Assembly: GCF_009914755.1 (NCBI RefSeq)
Contig: NC_060925.1
DNA length: 64,000 bases
Reading direction: 5' to 3' (one strand)
Source of the DNA: the human T2T-CHM13v2.0 reference genome, Homo sapiens
Made by a program: the position numbers and the translations under genes. The notes under the pieces were generated by a model. That model made no database searches and was not told where the DNA came from. It saw only the letters and a program-made list of their open reading frames with translations. Position 1 is the first letter of the stretch. Each line of letters begins with the position of its first letter. This document shows positions 1-14,587 of the stretch, one piece after another.

Positions 1-275
<275 letters not shown>

Positions 276-1756
276 CTACAGGCCCAATATTTTTGTCTTA
301 AGTTTCTAAGCCGTCCCAAGACTTTGCACAGTAGCTGTTCAATGTATTTTGAGTGAATGATTAAAAACAAGCTTGATGTCGATTTTATTGGTACAATTTA
401 TATTTACATATGTAATATTTATATGCTTTTATATATTTATGTGTGCATGTATATAATTGGTACTAACTTAGCACTGCTGTGCCTAAGTGCCTGAGATGCA
501 TCTCAAATGAATAGGCCTGAGGAGAGAAGCTTGTGTCATTAGCTCTGACCCTGCAGCACTAATCCTGGTTTACCCCTTTCTTTCAGTCTCCCTGAGCACA
601 ATTTATTTGCTGAAAGGCCACATCTCACTATGGAGTGAGGATCAAGAAGTAAAGGTCTGAAAGAGAGAAGCTGCGGGGCTGGGGAGACTGTTGGTCGGAG
701 AGGCGTCGGGGGCCCAAGGAAAAGGGAGGATTGTGGGGAGGAATCGGCGTAGAGATGAGAGGAGCAGCAGAGACAGAGTCTCACGCAGAGGTGTGCCCAG
801 ACACCCTGAACCAAGTTACTTAACCTCGTCCACCACCGTGGCACCCGTGGGGTCCGTGGGCCCGTCGGTCTTCCAGGAGGGATTCTGTGTCCCTGTTATT
901 GTGTGTCAACATGTGTTAGCCTGATATTTATATTTTTAATGAGAGAAAACGAACTCTGGAATTTGCGAACTGTTTTTTCGTTTTGCTTTATACCTCTTGG
1001 ACACTCCTTCCGAAGGATTGGGTCTCAAGGGCAGTGGGGTGTGACTACGGTAGACAGGGCTGATTAATTTTCATCCAAAACTCTTTGGCGGATTCCCCTG
1101 CTCTCCGCTTCTCCGGTCTAACAGTAGTTTAAAACAGAAGATCAGCAACATTTGGAGAGTTTTTTTCTTTGCATTTTAATGATAAACTTGATTTATTCCA
1201 TTCCAAAAGTTTTATTATTCTGAGGTTGTCTTTCTATATTTTGAGTATAAAACAATGGCCATACTATGTTGGAACCACCAAGGTTCTTCTCTTCACTTGT
1301 TCATTTGTAATGTCTCTTTATAATCTGAGAATTTCCTGAGCAAACTGGGAACTGTTATACATAATTCCTTGTTTTTCAACATTCTTTGTAAACAGGAATC
1401 AGGATTGGGGATGGGGAGGGAGGGAGGAGTAGGAGTCCTGATTTGTGGAACAGAAAATCATGGATTACTTATATGATGGAGCAAAGGGTTTAAAAACTCT
1501 TAGCATCCCCAGATTTCCCCTTTTACTGTTTGCTGAAGAAAATTCTGTCTTTGACTCCCTTCCTTACCCTCTCCGGGCCTGTGAGAAGCTTCCTCCCTAT
1601 TCAGTTTATTTCCTCCTCTGCTCCCCGACCCACCCCCCACAGCCCCCTCCTCTTTTTCAGTGAAGCCGCTGGAGGAAAGTCGGGTTTGGGAGAAGACCCA
1701 CACAGGCAAGGACAGCAGGAGAACACTGACATAGTTACACTCTTGTCACCAGCACT

Positions 1757-1762
1757 TTTATT
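1757..1762 (-). terminator. Candidate polyadenylation signal (AATAAA on minus) for CROCC-pseudogene transcripts
   Basis: tttatt at 1757-1762, about 690 bp 3' of the last CROCC-like exon. Confidence 0.45.
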
Positions 1763-2447
1763 AAGACGTGAAAAGACAAAGACAACAGAGGAGAGCAGAG
1801 AATAATATCTCTGTTTCAGCTATTCCAGGATGTTATGCCAATTATCCAGAGTCCTTGATCTGATGTAGTAAAGAGCTAGGGACATTTTCCCTGAAGGCTT
1901 TGATTGCTGGCAAAATCTCATTAAACGTGTATACATTCATAGGTTGGCCATAGGATGGATAAAAGAAGAGCCTCTGGCCTACATCTGCCACGATACATGT
2001 GCAAAAATGCTCTCTGCAGCATTATTTTTCATTGTAAAATAGCAGAACGAATTTATTATTCAATAATTATAAAATGGTCAAATGTATGTGACTATATTTG
2101 GACAATGAAAAATGCAGCTGTTAAAAGCAGACAATACTGATGATTCAGATGATGTTACTGATGAAAATAATAACAGATGACAATTATTGAGCATTTATGG
2201 CATTCTTACAGGCATTACCTTATTTAAAGTTCAGAACTACCAAGGAAAAGAGTAACTTGTGGCAGGCGTGAGAGGTTCCGAGGCACAAAAGGAAGATAGG
2301 CATTCAAGGAACACCAGGATAGAAGACCCAGAGTAGGAGAAGAGAGAGGAAGAGGAGTCCGCCAGATGGGATGCTGGAAACCGCGGGATAGCACGGTGGA
2401 GAGAGGGCGCTCCTGCTCCGCAAGCCTCCCTACGACGGCAGGCCTAC

Positions 2448-2582
2448 CCGGTCCTGCTCCTGCCGGCTCTGGGCATCTGGTTTCTGCTGCTCCATCTCCA
2501 GGGAGATGGTGGCCAGGCTGTGCCGTGTACCCATCAACTTCTCTGACAGCGCCATCTTCTCAGACTCCTTCAGAGACAAGGC
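2448..2582 (-). pseudogene. CROCCP2: CROCC-like exon (ALSLKESEKM...QEQDR)
   Basis: 135 nt, cag acceptor, gtagg donor, rootletin translation. Confidence 0.88.
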
Positions 2583-3323
2583 CTGGGCAGAGGCAGGGGA
2601 CAAAGGGCTTGGGGGATGGGCTGGTCCTGGGGGCATGCTCAGGCTTCTTGCTGCCTGGGAAATGTGCCCACTGGGGGCTTAGAGGCCTGAGTGTGCCACT
2701 GCAGGTGGACCCAGGGCAGACATGCAGCCCTGGAAAAGGGCACAACGGCAGTCACAAGAATCCTGGACGTGGATACCACTCATAGAGCTCACTAACCCGC
2801 CACAGCACCCTGACTGCAGAGTCTTTCTTTCTACCCATCTTACAGATGAGGAAACTGAGGCTCAAGGAGGTAAAGTGACTCGCCCAGGTACACAGCTGGT
2901 GAGGAGAGGAGATGGGCACAGTCTGCCCTGTCTCCGTTACATTATAGGAAAGTTAGGGATTTGTTATTTGGGGGGACAGGTCAGCTGATGCCTGTGGGCA
3001 TCGTGGGGACTGCTCAGAAGGCAGCCATGAGGATCCATGCCCAGTGTGGGGTGGGACGAGGCATGGGAGAATATGGAACAGCTTTCCTGGTGTCACGACT
3101 GTCACTGTCACTCAGTAAGTGCTCACTGTGTGCCAGGCATGGAGCACAGCAAAGCCTCACGAACCCCCTTCTAATCCTCCCCTCCTGCAGGTAAGGAAAC
3201 TGAGGCCCCCAAGAGGGCAGTGGCCTGCCCCAGGGCTCCTAGCTGCCAAGTGGCAGAGCAGGGCCCGGCCCCAGAACTGGAGCAGCTCAGAGAGCAGCAG
3301 AGGCCACGCCAGGGCTCACGAAC

Positions 3324-3503
3324 CTGCTGCTTCTCGCTCTCGGCCAGGAGGAGGCCCTCGTCATGCTCCTGCTGCAGGGCAGCAATCTCCTCACTCAGCT
3401 GTTCCTTCTCAGCCTTCCGCCGGGCCAGCAGCTCCTCCTGCTCACGCTGCAGCTGACTCTGCAGCTGGGCCCGCTCGGCCTCCAGCTCCCGCCATGCTGC
3501 CTC
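3324..3503 (-). pseudogene. CROCCP2: CROCC-like exon (EAAWRELEAERAQL...ESEKQQ)
   Basis: 180 nt, tag acceptor, gttcg donor. Confidence 0.88.
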
Positions 3504-4325
3504 CTAGGGGGCCAGGACTGGACGCGTGTGACACACCAGGAGGGGACCAGGCAGACCCCCCAAAACATCAGGGCAGCAAGAGCCATCTGGCCCCCATACC
3601 CTCAGAGATGGAGGGTGACCAGGTAAATACAAGGGACTGATAAGGGCTATGACGGGGACACGCCAGGGCCGTGAAAGTGCCAAGGAGCAGCAGTGGGCTG
3701 GCCTGGGGGTCCGAACATGATCCCCTGCGGAGGGACAAGTAACTGTCAGCCAGGTAAGGAGAGAAAAGACCACCCCAGGCCAAGAGCACAGCCCCTGGAA
3801 AGGACTACAGGATGCAGGGTGCAGAGGGAAACAGGGCGCGGTGAGTCACAGGGCCAGAGCCCCAGGCAGTGGCTGGGCCAGGACAGGCCGTGTGGGCCAT
3901 GGGGATTCTAAGGACAGTGAGGGGAGTGGGAGAGAGGACTCGAGCCAAGGTGACAAGGAGCAATCTGATTTTTAGCTTAGGGGATGTTCCGACAGCTGTG
4001 GAAGAGGGATTGGGGTTGGGATGGAGGAGAGTTAGGACTGGCTGTGAGGAATGAAGGGGGTCAGGGGTTGCCAGAGGAGCTGGAGAGAAGAACACAGATT
4101 TGGGGACATTAATGAGGCCAAGCCAGGCAATGCAAAGGGCAAGAAGAGCAAGGGGGAGGTCACAGTTCAGATCCCTGGGGACTGGACAGGCGGGCAGGCA
4201 GAGCCCACAGGCAAATAGCAGCCCACCCGGGGAGCCCGAGGGCAGGTGCCTGCCTCAGCAGTTGTCCCTAGCAACTCTGTGAGAAGCAGACAGAGCTGCC
4301 ACTTCTTTTTTTTTTTTTTTTTTAG

Positions 4326-4478
<153 letters not shown>

Positions 4479-5424
4479 TGATTTTAGGAGAGATAGGGTT
4501 TCACTGTGTTAGCTAGGATGGTCTCGATCTCCTGACCTCGTGATCCGCCCACCTCAGCCTCCCAAAGTGCTGGGATTACAGGCATGAGTCAGCACGCCCG
4601 GCCAAGCCACCCCTTCTTTAAGAGCTTCACCATAGCTCATGCCTGGAATCCCAGCACTTTCGGAAAGAGCTTTACCGCCCCCTGATGGAGAAGCGTGATA
4701 ACCACCACCCAAGGCCATGGGGACTGCAGGGTGAGTGGCATGCCCTGGAGCCATGTAGTCATAGCCTGCACCTCTGTCAGAGGAAGCCCTGTCTAGGATT
4801 TGGTGGCTGAGGGCCCCTGTCCTGAGGGCCACTCTGGAGAGCATGCCAGTGCCAGCAATCATAACTCATGGAGCATTTGCTAAGTACCAGTCACTATGTT
4901 AAGCCCTCTATGCAGATGGTCTCAGCTCATCCTCAATACCTTCCACTATCCTATCCCTATTTCTACAGGTGGGGAAATGAAGGTACAGACACCTTGGGTA
5001 GCATCACCAGTAAGCGACCAAGATTAGATTCAAACCCAGGCAATATAACCCCAGAGTCAGTGTTCTAGTAACTTCCCTGGCCCCTTGCCTTTCTACATGC
5101 TCAGGTCTGCGTGGCCCTTCATATGGAAACTTCTTAGCAAATGAAAGTGCTTTCCTGCTGTGCATTAGGTCAACATTTCCCAAATGTGGTTGTGGACCCT
5201 CTGCATCAGGATTACCAGGGCTGGACCAGATTTGGGACCTGGGTATCTGAATGTCTAATAAGGACCACAACCTCCCCACCACCCCTCCAGTCCTCCCAGC
5301 TGTCCCCAGGGCCTCCACAACAGAGAGGGAGTCCCATTTCACAGATGTACAGACCGAGGCAGAGCAAGAACGATGATGAAACACTGGCTCAGACTTCTGC
5401 CCACCCCTCCCCAGCTGCCTGAAC

Positions 5425-5594
5425 CTTTTCACGCTGGAGTCACTGTAAGTCCTCCTTGTGGGCTGCCCACTGCTCCCGCAGAGAGGCCTGGGCCTCCCGC
5501 TCAGCCTGCACCAGCTTCTGGGCCATCAGCTCCTTGTCTAGACTGGCTTTCTCCTGCGTAGCTATTATTTGCTGCCGCAGGCCCGCCAACTCCC
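5425..5594 (-). pseudogene. CROCCP2: CROCC-like exon (ELAGLRQQIIATQEKASLDK...) with in-frame TGA
   Basis: 170 nt; stop at 5440-5442 (EDLQ*LQREK). Confidence 0.85.
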
Positions 5595-6184
5595 CTGCAC
5601 GAGAGGAATGGGGGAAAGGGCAGGGTTGGGTTGAAATTTTTCCTTGGGCCAGCAGACTTAGGCCAGTTGAGCCATATGGGCAAAATCCCAGAGGCAGAGG
5701 GCCTGCCTGGCATCCAGTTTGGGTCCTCTTGAAGAAATGGCTTGTCCTCTCTGGGCCTCAGTTTCCCTATCTGCTACATGGGCCCACTGGCCCTGACCCC
5801 TTTCCTGCCTACCTAGAATGGCATTAAAGGCATAAAATGACTGATGAGAAGGCCTCCCAAATGGGACGGATGTCAAACATATAACAACCCTAGGCCAGGT
5901 GCCATGGCTCACTCCTGTAATCCCAGCACTTTGGGAAGCTGGGGCAGGTGGATCACCTTAGGTAAGGAGTTCAAGACCAGCCTGGCCAACACGGTGAAAC
6001 CCTGTCTCTACTAAAAATACAACAATTAGCTGGGCATGGTGGCGGACGTATGTAGTCCTAGCTACTTGGGAGGCTGAGGCAGGAGAATCGCTTGAACCCA
6101 AGAGGCAGAAGTTGCAGTGAGCTCAGATCGCACCACTGCACTCCAACCTGGGCGACAAGAGTGAGACTCTGTCTCAAAAAATCA

Positions 6185-6508
<324 letters not shown>

Positions 6509-7347
6509 CTATTACTGACTCAGCACTTACTATGCGTCAAGCACCCAGCTAAGTATTTTAGACATAACCTCATTTTGTCTTCATAACATGCCTATGTAGT
6601 TTATCCTCATCCCCGTTTAACAGATGATGAAATGGAGGATCAGAGGAGATCAGCAGCAACTTCCCACAGCTGCACAGCTACACATAAAGCATCTCCTTTA
6701 ATGACTGACATGAACATACCTGTCAAGCATTAACTATCAGCATTAATGGAAACGACTACAGGGAATGGAAATGGTATAGCCATCATCTAAAAACCATCTC
6801 CCGGGTTGGAAACCCACCAGCATTTCCCTTCCTGGTTCTGTCTGGCTCAGGTGTACATGGACAGGAAAATTAATTTCCATGACCCAAGTAGGTGCTTAGT
6901 TAATGTTAGATGAGCAGAAAGAAGCCCTGAGTTCAGAGATTCGATGGGGAACGGTGCAGGGAAGTGGGGCTCGGATTCTGGGGCCAAGAGAGTCATCTGA
7001 AAACCACAGAGAACTCAGACTAACAGGCCTGATGACCGATGAACAGCAGTTACTGTTGACTCAGCCAGGCACCGTGCCACGGCCTTACACGCTTTTCCCA
7101 TGTCATCCTGGCAACAGGCTTAGAAGGTGGGCATTGCCACCTCCAATCATCAGCTGAGGAATCTGCAGCCCAGAGAGGAAAGGGGCTTGCTCAAGGGAAG
7201 GTGAGATCTAAGTGGTGGCACAGGACTGGAACCCAGCCAGCCAGACTCCTACTCCAGTGCTCCCAACTTCTGTGAGACTACAGACATTGGGAGGTTGCAG
7301 TCTGGGCTGGAACCTGGTGTTCCCCCCAAGTCCCCAGCCACTCGTAC

Positions 7348-7475
7348 CAGTCAGGGTCTCCTTGGCCAGCAGCAGGGCCTGCCCCTCGGCTTCCAGCTGC
7401 TCCCGGCGGGCCTCAAGCTGGGCCAGCTGCCATTGCACCTCAAACAGGCTGCCCTCCAGGGCTTCCTTCTCCAAG
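7348..7475 (-). pseudogene. CROCCP2: CROCC-like exon (LEKEALEGSLFEVQ...KETLT)
   Basis: 128 nt, AG/GT bounded, lies within ORF 7208..7486. Confidence 0.88.
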
Positions 7476-7750
7476 CTGCAGCACATACAGTGCGTGAGGC
7501 CCTGGGACTCAGCCTCCCTGGCCCCAGGAAACTGTGGATCTCAGGGAGTGGCCAGGCATGGGCCAAGTGCCAATCTACCTGCCTGGCCAGGCCCACACTC
7601 CCTGGGGAAGCCTGAGCCCACAGCTAGGACGAGTTGGCAAGCCAGACTCCTTAGTAACTGCCCCTGGGGGCCCGTGCCTGGGTGAGGCTGGTCATGGCGT
7701 GGCCCCAGGAGGACCGCCCAGGGCGGGTTGGGCAGAGCCCAAGGCCTTAC

Positions 7751-7945
7751 TGCAGGTGTGTGGCCACCTCTGACACGGTCCTGCCTTCACGCTCCGCAGG
7801 CCGCCAGCTGCACAGCCAGGCCAGCGTGCTCCTTGGCTAGCGCCTCCTTCTCCCGGGCCACTCGCCCCAGCGTCTCCACCTGTCACTGGGCCTCCCACCG
7901 GGCCTGCTCCAGCTCCTGCTCCCGCCTGCTCAGCTGCCAGGAGAG
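7751..7945 (-). pseudogene. CROCCP2: CROCC-like exon (LSWQLSRREQELEQAR...) with stop
   Basis: TGA at 7883-7885; gtaag donor. Confidence 0.85.
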
Positions 7946-8172
7946 CTGGCTCCCACCCAGAGACTGAGTAGCACTCCCAGCATCCCCCAGCTTGTTCATC
8001 GTGCAGCACCCCAACTCTGGGCCTAACCCAGTCCTGGCAGAAGGCCTGGGTTCGAGCCCAGGGTCTGCCCTGATGTGCTATATGTACTTGGGCAAGTCAT
8101 GACCTTCTCTAGATCTGCAATGCACGTGTGTACAAAAACCAGGGCCCGGCCGGACACGGTGGCTCACGCCTA

Positions 8173-8469
<297 letters not shown>

Positions 8470-8701
8470 TCAGCTTTGGAAGTAACAGAACCCTTGTATT
8501 ACTCTAAGCAGAGAAGCTGAATATATAAACCAGACCCAAATGCAGCTGCTCAGCAGGCCTCAAGGTGGAGACTTGCACCCTGCTTCCTGCACTCCCTACC
8601 CCATCCTCTAGAGGCACCTCCCAGAAACCCAGGCCCTCCAGGATGGACCTTGCATGAAGGTCCCTGGATCCCTGAAACATTAAGGTCTCTTCCAGATGTG
8701 A

Positions 8702-8935
<234 letters not shown>

Positions 8936-9255
8936 TAGAGATAGGGTTTCACCGTGTTAGCCAGGATGGTCTTGATCTCCGGACCTCAGGTGATCCACCC
9001 GCCTCGGCTTCCCCAACTGCTGGGATTATAGGCGTGAGCCACTGCGCCCGGCTAGCCCCATGTTATAAATGGGGCAACTGAGGTATGGGAGGTTGGGCAG
9101 CTTGTCCAAGGTCCCCAGCTAGGAGAAGTGGGACTGGATTTAACCCAGAAGCAGGCTCCAGTGCCTGTGACTTAACCCAGGACTGGATGCAGGAGGCTGC
9201 GAGCCTGGCCTGCCCCACATGCTCTCCAGACCACCCCACACACAGCTTGGCCTAC

Positions 9256-9486
9256 CTGTGCTAGCTGCTCCTGCAGCCAACTGAGCTCATGGTGCAGTGT
9301 GGGGAGCTGTTGCTCCAGCGCCTCCTGGGCCTGCTCCGCCACTCATAGGGAGCCCTCCAGGCCCTGCCGTGCCACCTCCTGCTCCAACCACAGCTCCTCC
9401 AGCCACTCCTGCTCTGCCGGCGCCACTGTGGCCTCCTGCTCCGCCTGCCGCTGCCGGCCCTGCAGCATGGCCTTTTCTTCCTCCAG
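9256..9486 (-). pseudogene. CROCCP2: CROCC-like exon ([14 protein letters not shown]...) with TGA at 9343-9345
   Basis: 231 nt, AG/GT bounded. Confidence 0.88.
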
Positions 9487-10670
9487 CTGTGGGCCGGAAA
9501 GGAGTGGGGCCTCATGAGCAGGGCGTCCCTCCCAGGACCAGGACGCCTCCTCCACCCACCCACCAGCCACGATAGCCCAGGGGAGGCTCCCAGGGAATGA
9601 GGGACAGTGCCCTTGGGTGTGTGGGACACTGGGGAGGGGGAGATGAGGAGGGCCCATGGAGCGTCGGTGCTTTGACTCCTAGAGAGGACAGACAGACAGA
9701 CGGAGATAGACAGAGAACCAGAGACAGAAAGGGAGGCAGGGGCCAAGACAGGTGCAGGGCCGGGCCCAGGGTGCCTCACTGAGTGGGGAGGACGGGTGGG
9801 CAAGGTAGGTGGGCCCGCAGGTGCACAGTGTACCTGGGTGACAAGGCAGTTCAGATCCAACTTGTCCTGAGCAAGGCTCTCGTTGAGGGCGCTCAGCTTG
9901 GACAGGGAGTCCTGCAGGGAGGCCTCCTCTGCCCTCAGCTTGGTCACGGAGAGCTCGAGCTCCATGCGGCCAGCCTCAGCCTGCAGGGTCAGGCCCCAAG
10001 AGATGAGGAAGGGCAGAAAGGTCGGGAGGAGGTGAGGAGAGACAAGAAGAGACCCAGAGAGATGGACCCTCGGAGACAGGGGAGGGGAGACAAGGAGGGG
10101 ATACGGTGTGAGATGGAAAAAAAAATCACCGCAGAAAGCCTGCTGCTTATGGAGCCATTTAAAAGCCATGCACCGCAAAGCTGTGCAAAAATAGCTCAAG
10201 CTGCAGGGCAGGGCCAGAGTTCAGAGGATCCCCTGAGTAAGGTCTAGGGATAGCACTGCTCAGAGCCCAGGCTGCAGCGGACAGCGCAGGCCCCCCCGCC
10301 AAGGACCCTCTGCGCTGTGGCCACAACTCTCAGACTCCAGGAGCTGAATCTCAGGATGACCCTGAGCTATAGGCACTGCCCCCAGGAGCATCCAGAACAG
10401 CAGGGATACGGCCATAAAGAGAGGTCAGTCCACTTATGGCTGGGACCAGAGGTCCAGAGGTCTGTGGCCTGTGACAAAGATCAGCCTGTATCCAGAAGGA
10501 AGGGGTCAGTCTGTGACCAGGCTCAGAGGTCTGCCTGACACTGGGACCAGTCTGTGCCAGAGTGACAAGGCTTGGGGCTGGGGGTCAGAGGTAGGTTTGT
10601 GGTTGTGCAGCAGACAGGGACCCACCTTGGTCAGCGCCTCGGCCACCTCGGTCTTCTTGGCCTGCAGCAT
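9343..10670 (-). CDS. CROCCP2: Putative 111-aa spliced ORF (rootletin-like coiled-coil fragment), exons 10670-10626, 9980-9834, 9486-9343
   Basis: 45+147+144 = 336 nt with canonical splice sites, giving [27 protein letters not shown]...[16 protein letters not shown]...GLEGSL*. This matches my recollection of the putative CROCC-like 1 protein. Translation in vivo is not established. Confidence 0.5.
9834..9980 (-). pseudogene. CROCCP2: CROCC-like exon ([15 protein letters not shown]...LVTQ)
   Basis: 147 nt, AG/GT bounded. Confidence 0.88.
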
Positions 10671-10770
10671 GTCCCGTTGCAGCGTGGCGCGGCTCAGCGC
10701 CTCCCTCACCTCCACCAGCTCCTTGGCCAGGACTGAGCGCTTCCCTTCCAGCTGCTCTAGTTGTCTATGG
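10626..10770 (-). pseudogene. CROCCP2: CROCC-like exon ([18 protein letters not shown]...ALTK)
   Basis: 145 nt, AG/GT bounded. Confidence 0.88.
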
Positions 10771-10963
10771 CTGTGGGACAAAGGGTGGGTGGGTGGCCCA
10801 TGTCACTTTCCTGCCCGAACCTCCTGTAGCCAGCAAGATGCTGGGCCGGGGACCAGGCCTGAGGCACGAGTTTGGAGAGAAACAGCCTGAGCCACAGGGC
10901 AACCAAGCCCACTACCGCTTAGCTCCATGACCCTGGGCCTCCGTTTTCACATCTGCAAAATGA

Positions 10964-11140
<177 letters not shown>

Positions 11141-11948
11141 TGACTAATTTTTGTAGTTTTAGTAGAGACGGGGTTTCCCCATGTTGGTCAGGCTGGTCTT
11201 GAACTCCTGACCTCAGGCGATTCGCCTGCCTCGGCCTCCCAAAGTGCTGGGATTACAGGCGTGAGCCACCGTGCCCAGCCTGTTTTAAGGATACAAACTT
11301 CACATGTGCTTAAAATAGTGCCTGACACATCTCCCCAAGGACCTTCAGAAACAAGAATAACATGCTCCACCACAGTCTACTAAACATCATCAGCGATCAC
11401 GTCCCTGAGAGGTAAGCAGCGCAGTGGTGAAGAGGTTAACTCTGAAGGCAGAATGTCTGGGTTCAAATCCTGGCTCTTCTGCTAACTGTGTGACCTGGGG
11501 CAAGTGACATGGCTTCTCTGTGCCTCAGTTTACCATCCACAAAATGGAGATAACAGCTTCTATGTCACAGAGTTATCATGGAGTTAAATGAGAGAACTGA
11601 ATTGCTTAAAATGGTATCTGGCACTTAGTGAAATTAGTAAGGATATTATTATTCTTCTAACTAAATTTTTAAAATACTACTACTAATATTACTACTGTTA
11701 TTTTAATTATTCTTGTTATTATCATCCAAGTTCTACCTTTTAACTAGTTCTCTGACTCCAGGTAAGTGACTATACCTCCCTGAGCCCCAGTTTCCTGAAA
11801 TGGGTCTGGTTAGAAAACCCGACATCAGAGGGGTCCAGACGGTAGGAGGCCCAGGACCCAGTGGGTGTCACCTAACCCCATGGGGGCACTGTCAGGGGAC
11901 CCGAGGCACATTTGAAGGGTCCTGGCAGGGAGGTGAGATGCTGCTAAC

Positions 11949-12131
11949 CTGCGCTCAAGCTCCCGGCGAACCCGTGCGCCATTCTGCACCGCCTCTTCCT
12001 GCTCTTCCTCCAGCCGGTCCCGCTGGCGCTGCAGCTCCTCCTGGGCAACCTGCAGCTTCTCCCGCTCCTGCGGCAGCTCCTCGGCCTGCTGCTGGGCCAC
12101 CTGCAGGCTGTGGACCAGGTTGCTCTTCTCC
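11949..12131 (-). pseudogene. CROCCP2: CROCC-like exon ([19 protein letters not shown]...RELER)
   Basis: aag acceptor, gttag donor, overlaps ORF 11825..12100. Confidence 0.85.
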
Positions 12132-12619
12132 CTTCAGGACAAGGGGAGCGGGAGCAGAGGGGATGCTGGGGCTGCTCTCTCCAGGGAAGGTGGCTGGCTG
12201 CTCCTCTAGCCATGAGCTACATCCTCCCGTCTTCCAAGGCACCTGCCTCCAGGAAGCCTTCCCTGACCCTGCCCATAGCAGACTCATTTCACTCACACAC
12301 TCCAGCAGAAGAACCTGGCTTTCCTTCTCCCCAGCCCGCCCACTTAGAGTGGATGGAGGTGCTGGCGTGATCTCTAAGCACTCTACCACGTAGAAGAGGC
12401 CAGGCTAGGCTCCTGGGACACACAGGCAATTGTGCCACCAGTTCTGCTAGGCCATGTGACCAGGAAATGTCCCCTAGAACACCCCATGCCCCTCAATTCT
12501 GGGAAGCCTGATAGAGCTGAGTCTGCAGATCCCACAGCTTCCTGCTACACAGGCACATGGTGGCCACGGCAGGGGAGGGAGGAGAAGGGAACAACTAGGA
12601 CCCCAAAGACTTGCTGTGA

Positions 12620-13039
<420 letters not shown>

Positions 13040-13485
13040 TAGCCAGGTTGGTCTCAATCTCCTGACCTCGTGATCCACCCGCCTCGGCCTCCCAAAGTGT
13101 TGGGATTACAGGCGTGGGCCACCGCGTCCAGCAATTTTTTTGTTTTTACACACAGTCTCACTCTTGCCTAGGCTGGAGTGCAGTGACACAATCTCACTGC
13201 ACTCCACACAGCTTGCTGCAATCTCCACCTCCAGAGTTCAAGCGATTCTCCTGCCTCAGCCTCCCGAGTAGCTGGGATTACAAGCGCCTATCACCACGCC
13301 CAGCTAATTTTTGCATTTTTATTTAGAAGTGGGGTTTCACCATGTTGGCCAGGCTGGTCTCAAATTCCTGACCTCAAGTGATCTGCACGCCTCGGCCTCC
13401 CAAAGTGCTGGGATTACAGGCGTTAGCCACTGTGCCTGGGCAATTTTTTAAATTTTTAGTAGAGATGGGGTTTCGCCATGTTGGC

Positions 13486-13620
13486 CAGTGCCTGCGGGAC
13501 AAGACCGACGGCGCCACGCAGGTGTTCCTCTAGGGCCCGCCGCTCACTCTCGCTGTCGCTAAGCTGCTTCCGCAGGGTGCCCAGCAGGTCCTGGCTTGCC
13601 TCATAGCGCCCACGCATGTT
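13486..13620 (-). pseudogene. CROCCP2: Truncated and rearranged CROCC-like exon ([32 protein letters not shown]...)
   Basis: The 5' half is intact. The next ~37 bp are inverted and then fused to an Alu fragment. Confidence 0.85.
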
Positions 13621-14367
13621 CTGGGGCGTGGGGATCACAGAGTCTAGCGGGGGTCCTTTGAGGCCTCCAGAGCCCACCTACTCTCTTCTGGTTCCAGGGA
13701 TACACACTAGCCTACGCTAGGCGGGGTCCAGGGCCTGGACCTGCCCTGGGGCAGGATAGGGGCCTAGGCCTGAGAGCCAGGCTTCCACTCCCCTCCTATG
13801 TGCCCTCACCACCCTCTGAACCCTCATCTCCCTGGGGTCCCGGACAACTCCTATCAAAGCCCCCGGGATGCCAGACAAACTCCCAGGCACACTCGTCTCC
13901 TGGGTTCTGATCCCACCCCCAGGGCTCCCAGGCTCCTCCCCCTTGCATCCTGGTTCCACTCTCACACTCCTCCCTACCCTGGCTCTGCCCCTAGTTCCCA
14001 AGCTCTCATCCTAGGCTGTGATTTCCCTTGCTAGACCTTTTCCCAGGGTCCTGGCTCTGTATGACCAGGGACCTGTCTCCCTCTCTACCAGGACCCTAAC
14101 ACTGCTGCAGCCTCCTCCCTCCACCGGCTGCCCAAGCACCCACCCCCAGCTGCCCAAGCACCCCCACTTCTGGGCTGGCTTCAGCGCAGAGCCCTCGACC
14201 ACCTCCTTGGGGGTCCTGACACCCTCAGACACTATTTCTCAGGGCTCTGGCTGCACCCCAGGGCGCTCAGACTCCTCCCCCAGACACGCCCCCACCCCCA
14301 CCTGGAGGGCGCGAGCCCCTCCCCCTGGGCCTCTGGCTGCGCCCAGAAAACTCAAGCCCCTTCCTAC

Positions 14368-14587
14368 CTGGACCTTCAGCTGGCAAAAGTGCAGGGCGGA
14401 GAGAATCAGGGCAAGCGAGCGTGGAGTCGTCTGAGCAGGCCGGGGAGGGGCCTCTGCGGGGCGAACGGCCTCGGCCCGGCGAGGAGCGCCGCGGTGGAGA
14501 CGGGGTCCGCTGGCCCGAGAGCCCCCGCAGGCTGCGGTCGGACGCTGTTGGACGCAGGCTGCCGCTCTCAGCGTCAGACAGGACGGC
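14368..14587 (-). pseudogene. CROCCP2: CROCC-like exon (AVLSDAESG...RTPSPPRRSSPGRGRSPRRGPSPACSD), with indels
   Basis: 220 nt, CpG-rich, frame shifts near the 3' end. Confidence 0.85.

Noticed and set aside
836-868. ccgtgg motif repeated at ~9-bp period
   Set aside because: Only 3-4 short imperfect units, compatible with chance; not an array.
9261-10199. Longest ORF in the track (312 aa)
   Set aside because: Only one 49-codon exon is in the rootletin frame; the rest is GC-rich intron and off-frame exon.
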